Part shown: positions 1-13,776 of the stretch, piece after piece
Layout of the letters: the number at the start of each line of letters is the position of its first letter
How positions within the stretch are numbered: the first letter of the stretch is position 1
From: Eledone cirrhosa
Lineage: Eukaryota
Assembly (NCBI GenBank): GCA_964016885.1
Contig: OZ024743.1
Span: forward strand, 266,662,001-266,726,000
Reading direction: 5' to 3'
DNA: 64,000 bases
The notes under the pieces: model-generated
The model's database searches: none
What the model was told of the DNA's origin: nothing
What the model saw: only the letters and a program-made list of their open reading frames with translations
Position numbers and translations under genes: made by a program

Positions 1-33
1 ATTTTCTTTTATATATATATATATATGTATGTA

Positions 34-82
<49 letters not shown>

Positions 83-419
83 TTGTGTGTGTGTCTGTCT
101 GTCTGTGTGTGTGTGTGTGTGTGAATGAATCAGGAACCCGACGGCTGAGTTCTTGCCGTTTCAACAGCTAATATATATATATAAACATTGATATGAAATG
201 AATAAATCTGAACACAGTGTGGAAAGGATTTTTAGTATGAACCAGTATGTATAGCGTTAAACAATCTAAACCTTTTCTCCGTTGACAAACTTGTTTATTT
301 CCGACACGATTGATTGCACAAAACAATCCATCATGTACAATTTGTAATTCACCGTTGCAAGGCAAATGTTTATTTTGTGATAAATATACTTCTTCCACCC
401 CTCAACACTCTTTATACTG

Positions 420-800
420 TATACTTTTCATTCTATTTCAGCTGTATTGTAATCTTGTTTTTTGTTCAGTTTATATGTCATATACTTGCAATCTTCATTA
501 CTCTATTCTAATTTATTCTAATTATATTCTTGAATAATTCAGTAAAATATATTCTAATGTTTTTCTTATCACATTATAACCTGATCCATGTACTATTTTA
601 CTGTATTGACAATTCTAATTCTATAGTGTTTTATTCTATGCATCTTTTGGAAAGTCTATTCCTTTTTAATTCTATTCTATTCCATTGCATTCTATCACAA
701 TTTGTTATACTCTATTCTAATCTATTGCATTCTAATTCGAATCTATCGTGTGTTATTGAATTGTACGGTAATTTCCATTCGAATTCTATTCAATTAAGTC
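420..800. repeat. Degenerate (ATTCT)n-type pentamer low-complexity tract
   Basis: Recurrent tattct/attcta/aattct units; explains the spurious ORFs at 310-832. Confidence 0.6.
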
Positions 801-2354
801 AACATTGTGATGCTATTCAAAAGAAATCATAATCATCTTGCTTCATTCGCCTTTCTATTTCATTCCTTAAGGATCGATAAAACGCGTGCAAGGAAAGCGC
901 TGTAGAGGATTAGATCGATTAAATCCATGCTCTGAATGAATTATACCTCCATTCCTAGCAAAAAAGCCATTATAAATGTGATACTGAAATGGACCTACTT
1001 CGGTGTCCATGATGAGTGCTGCAGTTATTTAATCAATGGGAATGGCTGTCCATGAAATAATTTTGCCAGTGGCATAGCACTCCACAGACACATACAATTT
1101 TAATATAATTCTTTGAAATGTATCATAACAGAGCATATAACAAGCTTGGCCCCTTAAATTAGGGGTACAGTGAATATGACGGATTACCGAATGGTTTCCG
1201 TTTACCCAATTTCACACTCCAGACTGGGGTCGACTCAAGACTTTGGTTAATGAGAACTTTGTCGCATTGGATCGAACTAATGTTCGTAATGTTTGAGAAT
1301 GAAATGAGTGGTTATTTGAATTTAGTGTCTCTGAAATGAAACTTAGTTTGGGTATCCGATTAAAATTTCAGCATCAGATCTTTTCATGAAATATAATTTA
1401 AGCTTCAAAATAGTGATCGGAAATTGAGTTTACTCTCTATTTCAACTGTTGTTAAACTGTTGATCAGACATACCTGTGCAGATTTATAGATATGAATATT
1501 TCAGCATTGAGCATACTATCTTTTATACACAAAATATATAGAAGACACTCTTTAAGAGAGCTACGTCTAGGAAATTGAGTGATGGCGAGTTTTCACATTT
1601 AATTTAATCTTCTCAGACGTGGCAGTGAAACACGTCCAATAGAAACATTGTTTTTCTTGGTCCAATCTGGAAAGTCTAGTCCGTGTTAATTGCCAATAAT
1701 TAGCACCCGCTTGTTTATGTAGAGGATTGTTCAACATTAATATTTTGAGTTCGGGTTTGAACTCAAATTGTGTATAGCGTTGGATCCAGTATACACTCTC
1801 TTCCAACTTATTATTTCAGCAGATTTATATTTCAAATATTAAATCATTAGCTTTTCTTTCGATCGAAAGCAAGCGAAGATATTTGATAATAGAAGGACGA
1901 CACAAAGAGCAAAAGTTGAAAACGTTTGCTTCTGGCATTATTTTTCTCTTTAAAGAATGCATATACTGATGTAGCTTTTGGATGCAATTAACACAAAGCA
2001 GCTGGTGCATTTAAAGCAATCTAAAGCTAGATCCAAAGAAGGCTGCATCAAAGGTGGAATAAAGATGGTTATATTAACACTAGCTTACAAATACTGTTGA
2101 TAGCTTGCCTCATGAAATGGTTGGCATGAATCACAATTCTAATATAACAAGGGTTCACTAACCACATCTAGAAAAAAACAGCTGTGTCTTGTTAACATTG
2201 CAGTATGAAGACACAGGTTATACACAGTAATCACTCACACATCCGTGCGCACGTACACACGCATATACAAATATCTATCATTCAGACCGTTGGCTGGCTA
2301 TCTGCATTCATGTATGATTATATACATGTCTGTTTGGATATATGTACACATATA

Positions 2355-2412
<58 letters not shown>

Positions 2413-2489
2413 GTATGTATGTATATATATATACATATATGTATAGATATATTTATACATAAGTATATGTATATATATATATGTATATA

Positions 2490-2936
2490 TAATGTATTTT
2501 GGAATACACTTTATGCTTAGTTAAAAGCATTTTGAAGACCGTAAGCTATTGTTTTAAAGTAGTGACAAATTCACTCACTTTGATCTCAGCAAACAGGGGA
2601 GATAAGCCGACAAGACTTGTTTCGCTTTGGTTGAAGCTTATCAAGGCCAACTACCCCACCTGTTTACTGAGATCATTGATGTTATATTCTTATAGAAATC
2701 TAGTAAATAATCAGGAGCTGATTATGCAGAGCGGTTGTTGGTCAGGCAGAAATTAAAAATTAGAATTGGAGCTCTGAAATAGCAATATATATATGGATGT
2801 ATATATAATCTATTTTGCAATACACTTTATGCTTAGTTAAAAGCATTTTGAAGACCGTAAGCTTTTAAAGTAGTTGCAAAATACATTATATATACATCCA
2901 TATATATATTGCTATTTCAGAGCTCCAATTCTAATT
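2490..2936 (-). mobile_element. TA-flanked ~316-bp HHR-bearing monomer plus partial tandem copy and short inverted tail (PLE pLTR- or retrozyme-like)
   Basis: attttg(g/c)aatacactttatgcttagttaaaagc at 2496 and again at 2812; 2881-2936 is the reverse complement of ~2757-2810; homologous to 28595-28960 (opposite strand) and 43785-43850. Confidence 0.7.
2605..2652 (-). ncRNA. Type I hammerhead ribozyme motif, U3-A8 core variant
   Basis: Minus strand: TTGATAA-GCTT caacca AAGC-GAAA-C AA G-TC; proximal helix I imperfect; enclosed by an outer stem ctcagcaaacagg/cctgtttactgag. Confidence 0.6.
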
Positions 2937-3429
2937 GTATATATATATATATATGTGTGTGTGTTTGATATCTATGTATTTCTATTTAGATTTCTGATGC
3001 TCACTGCATTTGTATGGTAAAACTAATGCACCTTGTTATCGGTTAGTTTGGGGTTATAAATGCTATACACTGAACGATATCAGCTATACAAAAAATGATT
3101 ATAACTGTAAATATAACACTAGTACAAAATACATTTGCATTCAAACATAAATCCCTTCCTTGTTTTTTCTTTTTTTTTGTCTGATTATAATCATTGTAAT
3201 ATATTTATGTACAATAGATAAATCATCCTTCACAATCTGGTGACTATAATCGAGTAAGTAAGTATCAATGGACCCGTAATTCCTGATAGAGTCAAAGAGG
3301 GGTGATATTGACAGACAACGTTTCTTTGGCATTTTTAAAGTTTGGCGGATGGTATTTTTCTTGGTCTGAACACAGCAAATTTATTCCAGAGAAGAATGAT
3401 CAGTGTAGGAAAGGAAGCGAGAAAAATAT

Positions 3430-3600
3430 ATAGAGGACGAATCGACCCCACTACTAGACTGGGAGGATTTTTTTATCAATCTCGAAAGGACGAAAGACAA
3501 TGGTGACCTCTGCTGGATTTGAATTCTGAGAGCACGGAGCCGGAACGAATTCAGCAAAGCATTATATCCGACGTTCTAACGACTCAACCAGTTCTCTGCC
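3430..3600 (-). mobile_element. Diverged tRNA-derived SINE (same family as 11285-11655)
   Basis: tttatcaatctcgaaaggacgaaagac...ggatttgaattctgag is the reverse complement of the family core and B box. Confidence 0.7.
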
Positions 3601-5431
3601 TGATAAACAAATATAGTGTAATATATAACTATTTTTCATTAGCAATACTAAATACTAATCACATATAGGCATAGCTAAATTGTCGAGGAGTTACTACATA
3701 TATCTTTGAAATAAAGAGTTATAGTGTTGATAAAAGTAATCCCGCTTAGCTACGGTTGTATCTTCCCCAGAAATGCGTTGTACTGTACGTTTTATATATA
3801 TAAAATAATATGTTCATATGACAGAAAAGGTTTTACTGGATTGAAAATATTAAACTGTATATTATTGTTCTCGATGTTCGAACTTGGCACCTACCAGTCT
3901 TAGTGTTGGAGGGACAAGTCCAAATAAAGCCGATGCCAAATTTGCTTTTTATCATTTCAGAGTTGATAAATAAAGTACCAGTCAGCGGTTGGTTGCTGGA
4001 TCGTTATTGTGTCGGTATTGGCCCGACTCTGGGAATCCTGAGTCCGAATGCCATCTCTTGTCATTGGAAAATCAATGACGTAACTGCCAAGAGTTACAAC
4101 CGGAAAAGTAGTATCAGCAATGAAGTACCCAAACGGAAATATAACTCCCGATCTGTATGATTGGCCCAGTCTTATTCTAGGAATAAACTGCAATCGATTC
4201 AAAAAGTTATTTGTTATGTGTACTTATAAGACCATTGTACCAACTCTATAAAGTCCAGATGAGTCAAATTCCAGTCCCCGTTTAAATAAGTTTATACTAC
4301 AAAAGTATGATTGTCACATAATCTTATTTCTTCTTCCCTTTCATATAAGTGTTTCATGAGTGGTTTTGTACGTAAGAAAATTTATAATCGATATTCGGAG
4401 CATTGTCGCATCGCAAACCATTCATTGTACCGTCACAACCATTGTACCATCTAACCATTGTATAATCTAACCGCTGTAGTTTTGTCATACATAGCACTAT
4501 TATTCCAACGTACTGTTGTATTATCTAGCTGTTCCCCACTGAAACCATTTTTTTTTTTATATGTTGTTCATGTTTTCAATTGACTTAGTCATTACTGCCA
4601 TCTCTTACGCACTGCAGTAGTCTGGAACCAACGAAACAAAATTTATATCTCACACTTGCATGATTTTCAACAATAGAATACCATACATCAATAACCTACT
4701 CACTCACTCATTCACTCACCCACTAATTCACTCGTTCACTTTCTCTGTCTGTATTTTATATACTCATTTTACTTCCCTTTCTCTTTCTCCCACTCTCTCG
4801 TTCTCTCGCTCTCTGTCCCATTTGAGGTCTCTTGTTATATTCAGGTCATATAAATAGTTTTCTCTTTTTGACTCACCGTGTTTTACTGTCCACAACTTTT
4901 CTATATTTGTTTTTCATTTCATTTATGAATTTTCTTTTTCTTTTGGGTGCTTTTTTTTTTCTATGTTAAATTTAATGTTTGTGATTTTTCCTCTTTTTAT
5001 ATTTCTCTATCAATTCCTGTCGGGAAAGCATTTTTAAAAATATTTCTCCAACAATGCTTGTCTCGCAAGAATTGATGTTATTTCCAACTGTGTCTTTTAA
5101 AGTAGACCATTCTTTTATTTCACTTATATATGTTTTATTCGGCTTTTAAAATATTCCTGTCGATTCAAGGAATATTTCAACTTATCTAATATGTGACCCT
5201 GTTTCAATACCCATTGGAAAAGAGTAAGACTATATATATACTCATTTACAGATGATGTTTATACAATAATGTACAACAGAACCAACAAATCTGTAATCTA
5301 GTTTCCATTCGGATGTGAAACTAATTACATATATTTATATTACTGATTATTCAGGGCAGGGAGAACAGCTTCCCTCCATGAAACTTTAATACCGAAACCC
5401 ACATATTACACACAAACACACACCCACACAC

Positions 5432-5487
<56 letters not shown>

Positions 5488-5759
5488 AGGTTCGCACCAG
5501 AGTACTCAATACGTAGGGTAGTAGAGTGGGTAATAGGAAAAGAGTTGGTCTCGACTTTTTTCCTCTACCCACACAACCGAATTTAATGTCAGAATGGAAT
5601 GCCTGTTGAGAAAGTAAAATCCACTGTTCGATCCTCTAGAAACTTAACTTGCATACACTCCAAGCGGATTTTGTTGATTTGGGATTTACAGAAACCTAAC
5701 TGAGATATTGAAAAATATTCAAAGTGATGGTCCAGGGGGGGGGGGGGGGGGTTATATGT

Positions 5760-5870
<111 letters not shown>

Positions 5871-5910
5871 AAAGAATAGAGGTGTAACACACGAGTTATG
5901 ATATATTGAT

Positions 5911-6422
5911 ATATTGGTAAACGGAAAAGAAAATGCTGACAAATTGTTCACAGTGAAAAATAGTTTAATTAGGAATAAGTGAAAATTAGTAATAGTAATA
6001 GTATTGGTTAGTATTCAGTTTTGGTTTTAAGTTTTACCGGTTGCGCATTTCTAATGCTTTTCAAAAATAATTTTGAGATAGAGCGTCCGTGATGTTTGCT
6101 CTAATCTGATTTTTTTGGAAATTCTACCTGTTTTATGTGAAAAAAGTGGCTCCAGAGATATTAAAATAAGTTTCGCGTGTTGCAAAAATTCTGGTGGTCA
6201 AAACAATTTTGATTGGTCGGTAGAGGTCATGTGAATGTTAAAAATTGATTTTGCGCCAAATCTAGGTTTGTGTCGGCTGATTGAGAAGTCACTGAAAAAT
6301 AAGTCTTTCAAAATAAATATGTGTGTGTGTAGTAGTAGTAAAGAGGTTCGTTGTTGTGATAATGGTCAGCAGGGATGTTTGTGCGAACCGCAGCCTGTTG
6401 ACAGTTCAAATGCCTATTAAGA

Positions 6423-6512
<90 letters not shown>

Positions 6513-8382
6513 TAGCAGAGTAATTCGTTTTAGAGGGATGGTCAGTAGGAATGTGTCTGTAAGTGTGTGAGGGATATTTTAACATGTTAAAATATATTTT
6601 TCAGCTCTTGTCTTATACGGAGAAGTGTGTGTGTGTGTGTGTGTGTATATGTCTCTTTGTATGTTAATGTATGCGTGTGTATGTGTGTGTGTATATATAT
6701 GTGTGTGTGTGTGTGTGTATATATGTGTGTGTGTGTGTGTGTGAGAATGTGTGTGTGTGCGTGGGGGTGGACCAGTATTTTTGTGATACTGGTAAAATGG
6801 TGTACACACAACCCCCTCAACAATGAGGCCTTTGACATCATCCTCCAGAACATCCCTGTGTTGAAAAAGGACCATAGAATGAACCAAATCCTACGAACAC
6901 ACGATATCATAAAGAGCAAAAGACAATCTAAGTCAATGAAAAACATCCTAACACATGCCAAAGTACTGCCAACCACAACAACGAAACCCACAGTAAAAAA
7001 ATGCGATAGACCCAACTCTGGCATATGAATCAACCTAATAGAGGGTTCAGATTTCTACTTCAAAGAAGGACAACGTTTTATAGTAAAACACAATTTCACA
7101 TGCGCATCAGAAAATCTAATATATGTATTAACTTGCTCAGCTTGTCGAGAACAGTACATAGGCCAGACCAAAATCAGCCTCCGCCAACGCATGACTGTCC
7201 ATAGATCCCTTAATTAAAATATGGGAATACAGGAAAATACCACTGAGTGAACACATTGATACCTGTGCCGCCCAAAATCATCCCAACTCCAGAATCTTTC
7301 CTCTCTACAGATTTAAAGATAATGCCACCCACACCCAGCGCATCAGCAAGGAATCTTACTTTATTAACAAATACGGACCCCGTCTAAACACTTCTCCCTA
7401 AGACGAACCCACAACATACACACGTCAACATACATACCTACTTCAGCATACATCTCTATCCACATATAAACACAATGAAATACGTAATCACACATGTTCT
7501 ATGGTGCAACACAAATATACACAAATTTGCATATCTTTTGATGTCTATAGATATAAACGTGCCGACACACACATATACATAAACGCACACATGCATTGCA
7601 CACTGATGAGCACATACATATTTGTACACAAGTATTCCATTACGGCAAGGCCTAATGGATTCCCCTTGCAGTACGTACAATCTGGACACTCACACACACC
7701 TTGGTATTATGCCAATACTATATATCATTTGACACCTTTTATTATTAAGGTTTTTGATGTTCTATTGAGAGAATCGTTTTTACTGAAAATATCGAATAAT
7801 GTACACCATTTTACCAGTATCACAAAAATACTGGTCCACCCCCCTCCCCACACACACACTTGTCTTAATAGGCATTTGAACTGTCAACAGGCTGCGGTTC
7901 GCACACACATCCCTGCTGACCATTATCACAACAACGAACCTCTTTACTACTAATACACACACACACACATATTTGTTTTGAAAGACTTATTTTTCAGTGA
8001 CTTCTCAATCAGCCGACACAAACCTAGATTTGGCGCAAAATCAATTTTTAACATTCACATGACCTCTACCGACCAATCAAAACTGTTTTGACCACAAGAA
8101 TTTTTGCAACACGAATTGGCGCGAAACTTATTTTAATACCTCTGGAGCCACTTTTTTCACATAAAAACAGGTAGGATTTCCAAAACTAATCAGACTAGAG
8201 CAAACATCACGGACGCTCTATCTCAAAATTATTTTTAAAAAGCATTAGAAATGCGCAACCGGTAAAACTTAAAACCAAAACTGAATACTAACCAATACTA
8301 TTACTAATTTTCACTTATTCCTAATTAAACAATTTTTCACTGTGAACAATTTGTCAGCATTTTCTTTTCCGTTTACCAATAT
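5911..8382 (+). mobile_element. 5'-truncated Penelope-like element (Neptune/Naiad-type) with inverted copy of its 3' tail at the 5' end
   Basis: 5911-6430 plus 6765-6805 is the reverse complement of 7800-8382; GIY-YIG coding remnant lies between; (TA)n just beyond both ends. Confidence 0.85.
6806..7401 (+). pseudogene. PLE linker + GIY-YIG endonuclease remnant
   Basis: KSKRQSKSMKNILTHAK..CDRPNSGI*INL..FTCASENLIYVLTCSACREQYIGQT..LRQRMTVHR / LSEHIDTCA..KESYFINKYGPRLN; in-frame TGA 7026-7028 and a +1 frameshift near 7210. Confidence 0.88.
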
Positions 8383-8693
8383 ATATATATGTATGTATAT
8401 ATATATATATATGTTTATATGTATTATATATATGTATATATATATGTATCTGTATGTATATGAATTTTTTCTCACGAGTCAGTTCTTTCGTTGCTACGGA
8501 CCCTGGCTGAATTAGCGGTCGCTGTCTTCATTTTGCAAAGCCTTTAAACTGTATGTTATTACTCTGAGGTCCTATACCTTGTCGAGTGCTTGGCTGTACT
8601 GCTGAAACCATTCGTCGGCTTAACTGAGGCTCTCGCTTCGAATATGCTGTACTTCTATTTGAATATATATACATATATATATATATTCAAATA

Positions 8694-8756
<63 letters not shown>

Positions 8757-8919
8757 TGTCGGTGTGTGTGTCTACTGGTGGTGCTTGATAGTTTTAAAGT
8801 TCGATATTGGAGTTGGGCTTAACAACATTTCTGCAATGAAGGAAATCGTAACATTATTAACAAAGAAATATAATAAAAAATCATATTAGGGTAAAGACAT
8901 CCCTTGGTCACAAATAACG

Positions 8920-9170
8920 CTGAGTTTGCACATAGAAAATTCCGCTTTGAGGGTAATGTGTTTTTGTGGGAAGCTAGCAGTCACCCATCCACAAAAGTGC
9001 ACCCTCTCCACGCCACCAGTGTTGTCCGAGGGAAAAGCAAAGCCCGATACAGTTTGGCATCAGTGACGTCGCAACTAATGTCTACAGTATCACGAACAGG
9101 AATACGTGAAATAAATTGTCATGTTCAAGCACACAACGCATCATCCGCTTTGAGAATCGAACTCACATCT
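8920..9170 (-). mobile_element. tRNA-derived SINE, second family
   Basis: gagaatcgaactcac (B box, reverse complement) and ccgatacagtttggcatcagtgacgtcgcaac core; related to 32255-32540, 40207-40490 and 51147-51200. Confidence 0.7.
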
Positions 9171-9185
9171 TCATTTTTTGTTAGA

Positions 9186-9446
9186 CTTTGGGAGGGTCAT
9201 GCTGCTAATAAAATCACCATCACCTGTTGGCTTTCGCTTCAATTTATTATAAATTTCCGGTTGGTTGTCTGGTTGGTTCGATAACCGGATGGTTGTTTAT
9301 ATATTGTCAAAGTTCTTTCCTTACATATTTTGTGACTGTTTATTTTATATTGTGTCTCTCCTTTGTTCTATCCTACACGATCTTGTTTTTGTGTGCTGTG
9401 TTGTGTGCTTAGTTTGCGCATGTGTCACATCTGGTTGTGTGTGTGC

Positions 9447-9477
<31 letters not shown>

Positions 9478-10020
9478 TGTGTTTATTTACTTCTCACTAG
9501 TTGGTTGTTTGTTCTATCTGTGTGTGTGTCTGTATGTCTTCATTTTGTCCATAGTTACTAGTTGCAAATTCCACTCATGTTTTCTGTTTAATTTTTGTTC
9601 GAGTTCGTTTATACTTGTAACCTCAGTGATTTATCTGAGCATTGCATCTTTTCTGAGTGTGGATATCATTTTTAGCTCTATGTTTTCTCCTCAGTGTTCA
9701 CTTATCCTTTTTCCTATGCTACGGGCTATTTCACCTATGTATGTTATGTTCTTATTCCTACACTGTCTCTCAGTACATTTTATGCTGACAAAGCACACAA
9801 CTCACAACAGACAAAAGGAAGATGGTGCAGGGCAGAACAAAGAGAGACACAAAATAAAAAGAAACAGTCACTGAGGAGGTAACAGAATGTGTGATGAAAT
9901 AGTTTTGACAATATATAAACAACCATCCGGTTATCAAACCAACCAACAGAAAATTTAAAATAAATTGAAGTGAAAAATAACAGGTGCGTGGATTTTTATT
10001 GGCAGCATGACCCTTCCAAA
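9186..10020 (-). mobile_element. Old PLE remnant: GIY-YIG fragment with diverged inverted tail
   Basis: 9186-9421 and 9782-10020 are imperfect inverted repeats; minus strand ~9690-9775 translates QCRNKNITYIGEIARSIGKRISEH. Confidence 0.7.
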
Positions 10021-10266
10021 GTATAACAATATATATTTCAACACACGTCTTCAGATAAGAAATCTTGCAAAACAAATTTATATATATAAACCACAAACCC
10101 TCCATCTCAATACTACTTTTGAAAAGCACAAAACCGCGAAACCGGTAAAGGAACCAAATAAATATTCTTAAAAAGACTCCAGTTGCATTTTCGATTTCAT
10201 TTTTTTTCCTTATACTTTCACTCGTGTAGGACGTCTCGTTTTTTTTTTCATTTTGTAAAAACACCC

Positions 10267-10335
<69 letters not shown>

Positions 10336-10822
10336 AAAAAACATCTATGTATGCTTTGAGAAATCTTAACGGCAGTTTGAATCAGTTGAAAATTATATAG
10401 TAAATTGTTTTTAAATCCAGTTTTATTATATTTAAGAAAATATGGCTTTTGAGCGTCATTCCTGCTAAAAAGTTAACATCTCAAATCCTGCTGCACTCAT
10501 TAATTACCCTTGCTGAGCGCCTACAACTAATTTATGTCTTCATCCTTAAATCTCGCTACACGTCTTCGTCATTCCGACCTACAATTTAAATTATGATGTC
10601 CTCTCTTAAGACAATTCTGTAATATCAACTTTAATTATAAAGAAATGATAGATCTTTCTTATAAAGTTTAAAATCATATTTCACTTTCTTATGCTTTTCT
10701 CTTTCAGATATCTGCACGAAGAAACTTTTTACCATCATCACAAGTAGCATTGACATTTGAAACAAAAATGAAATTAACAGCTCATATCTATAAACATTCA
10801 GCTGACTTCGTACGTAGTTGTA

Positions 10823-11128
10823 CAGTTGTCCCACGGTATTCGCGGAGGTTATGCGAAGCACCCGCGAAGATTGGACGTGGTCCATAAAAATACCTATAAA
10901 TGTCAAAACATAACGTAAAATAAAGGCTGGCAAATATAGTATATTGTTATTAATAATTTAGCGTGAAAATGCGGGGAAAAATATATATTGCCACGAAAAA
11001 ATCAATAAAAACATAGCTTAAGATATTTACGATTCCGCGAATATTCGGTGGTGACAACGAACAATTATTACTTAGGTTCTAAGGATAATTCCGCGAATAA
11101 TCGGGACGCGAATACCGGGGATTCACTG
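10823..11128. mobile_element. pogo/Tigger-type MITE
   Basis: TIRs cagttgtcccacggtattcgcg / cgcgaataccggggattcactg, flanked by TA on both sides. Confidence 0.8.
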
Positions 11129-11284
11129 TATATCATAGAAGGTTTCCCGTGTATTTTAACTTGAAAAGCAACATGAACTGAAAAGTCTCGCTCGAAATCA
11201 TGACTCAATCACTGGTCCAGAATACAAACACACGACCTTATTATCACAAATCCAACAGATTAATTACTAGGTCCCATTATTGAT

Positions 11285-11655
11285 GGTGGATTGGCAGTAT
11301 CAGTAGAGGGTCGGACGCCATGCTTTCCAGCATAGTTACGTCCCTTTACGATCTGAGTTCAAATCCCGCCGAGGTTGACTTTGCCTTTCATCCTTACGGG
11401 GTCGATAAAATAAAGTACCAGTAATGCACTGGGTAATTGCTGGCCTTGTGCCTAAAGTAGAGACAATTATTGATAGGGCGGTGAATTGGCAGTATCGGTA
11501 GAGGGTCGGACATGCTTTCCAGCATAGTTACGTCCCTTTACGATCTGAGTTCAAATCCCACCGAGGTTAACTTTGCCTTTACGGGGTCGATAAAATAAAG
11601 TACCAGTAATGTACTGGGTAATTGCTGGCCTTGTGCCAAAAGTAGAAACAATTAT
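11285..11655 (+). mobile_element. Head-to-tail dimer of tRNA-derived SINE
   Basis: Two ~180-bp units with A box-like tggcagtatcggt and B box gagttcaaatccc; attattgat at 11276, 11466 and 11651. Confidence 0.9.
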
Positions 11656-12868
11656 TGATAGTAACAGGATTTTGTTGAACCCTAACATATAACAATATAT
11701 ACAGGAATCATAATCACAAGGTTCTAAAAACCTTCGCTAAGTACAAATCACTATCTCCTACGGACAACTGGCGCTCTACATCATGTCTGAACACAGAAGA
11801 GTCGAACTCCCACTGTCATCGCCTCCATCTCGCTCACCCTCCCCATCTCTCTGTATTATGAGAAAATGGGGTCCCACGTGCTGGCCGCCTAACGGTCCCG
11901 GCGGGTATAATGGAGAAGGCGTTTCCCCGGAGGTTGGTAAGGGAGATGCGCTGGAAGAGCCATTCCATCTCGCGAGGCTCACACCTGCGGCTAGCCAGCT
12001 CATCATATCACCATTACAACAGAGATAATCCTCATCTACATTATCATCATCAGCAGCAGAACTGATATTTTCATTAACACCACTATAACATTTTCTCATA
12101 GAGTTTCTCAATATAACACATGTTATCGCTATCGTTATTTTCCGCTTCATAGAGTAAAAATACCTAGGATTTCATATCTCTTAGCCCGTATAAATAATGA
12201 CGACGCCCCAAATTTTTAGATTCTGCTAGATGAATAATATTTTCAAGTTTTCTTCCCTTAAATGAGATATGTATTAAGGACCACAGGGATTGCGATTTAC
12301 GTAAATGTGCATAAATACATAGATACATATAAACACACGCACACAAACGCCACACATCCATGCATACATACATACATGATGGCTGCAAACTCTGCTAAGA
12401 GTATTGCACTCGCTTGTCAGATTATAGAGTTTGGTTCACTTTTAGGCTACGGCCAGCAACAGAAACCTGTAACATATCCTGAACAAGTAATGCCTGTGCT
12501 TTGAAGGTTTTTTAAGTGGGGGAAAGGCTTTGCACTCGACCAATCCCACTCTCTGAGTATCGTAAGCACTACCCTAGAAAGGTGTTGTGACAACAACTGG
12601 GGGCCTTTCACTCCCAGGTGAAAAAAAAAATAACAAAAAACCTATTTGGGTGGCCGTTGACTCGGCTGAGTTCCTCGGCCCTTTGCCGGGTCTTGCATTT
12701 CATCCCGCAGGGTGTCCAATTATCACCCTCCTCACTAAGCTAGCTGGGTGGGGTTGCCGGTTTAGTCACCGACGATCCGACCATGAGACAGGTTGTACTG
12801 GGCTACATATAATAAGTATACATAAACCAGTAGAACAAATATTTATTATCTGTGTTAATACTACTAAT

Positions 12869-13020
12869 AATAATTGTTTCTACTTTTGGCACAAGGCCAG
12901 CAATTATCACAGTACATGACAGGTATCCTATTTTATCGACCCCGAAAGGATGAAAGGCAAAGTAGATCTTGGCGGGATTTGAACTCGTGATGTAAAGGGC
13001 CATAGCTCTATGCTACAGAG
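12869..13020 (-). mobile_element. tRNA-derived SINE (family of 11285)
   Basis: aattgtttctacttttggcacaaggccagc...ttttatcgaccccgaaaggatgaaaggcaaag...cggcgggatttgaactc-like sequence. Confidence 0.85.
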
Positions 13021-13129
13021 TATGTTTTCCGGCTATATATCATCGTATTTTTAGAAACATTGAGTGAGTCATGAATTTTAGAAAAGCTATTAGCTTAAAG
13101 TTATCAGCTTCTATGTGGCTTATATTATG

Positions 13130-13219
13130 TTGCCTTTCATCCTTACAGGGTCGATAAAATAAAGTACCAGTAATGCACTGGAATAATTGCTGGCCTTGTG
13201 CCAACAGTAAAAACAATTA
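13130..13219 (+). mobile_element. 5'-truncated SINE (family of 11285)
   Basis: ttgcctttcatccttacagggtcgataaaataaagtaccag...ggccttgtgcc. Confidence 0.85.
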
Positions 13220-13595
13220 TGAAAAATATTCTACCAAGATGAGAATTATATAAGAGGTGGCTTAGCCTCTGGACGTCGAAATGACTCCCAACGTATGCCA
13301 GGCAGCTATGCTACCAGTTCCACCAGACTGACAGTCAGTTTAAACGTTATCTTCTTGGTCAATATGCAAACAAAAATCGTATATATAGAAACGTTGAGCG
13401 TTTTAGTAATTTTAGAAAATGTGCTAGTTCATATTTAAGAGCGTCAACGCAAACTCTTCACTATGAAAATTAATCTAATTTCTGCATATTAGCTCCTTGT
13501 GGGACTCGAACTCTCATCTGCCATACGCCGGACGTCGGATCTACTAGTTAAACCAAAGCAGATTGGCAACATTTCCCTGTTCCTTTTAGATTTAT

Positions 13596-13630
<35 letters not shown>

Positions 13631-13631
13631 T

Positions 13632-13776
<145 letters not shown>

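Noticed and set aside
1835-1935. Possible hAT transposase C-terminus (KSLAFLSIES...TFA)
   Set aside because: Match too short and no other motifs or TIRs found
7603-7640. CTGATGA as a hammerhead core
   Set aside because: No helix II plus GAAA at a suitable distance
8058-8100. SECIS candidate ATGAC-N11-AA in the PLE tail
   Set aside because: Downstream bases do not pair to form helix II or the GA quartet
9186-10020. Mutator-like MITE with long TIRs
   Set aside because: The spacer encodes a GIY-YIG fragment and no TSD is evident; better explained as a PLE with inverted tail
11776-12150. GC-rich ORFs / possible exon or HDV-like ribozyme around ggggtcccacgt
   Set aside because: No recognisable domain or consistent pseudoknot; shares ggcgtttcccc with 24650, so likely a repeat fragment
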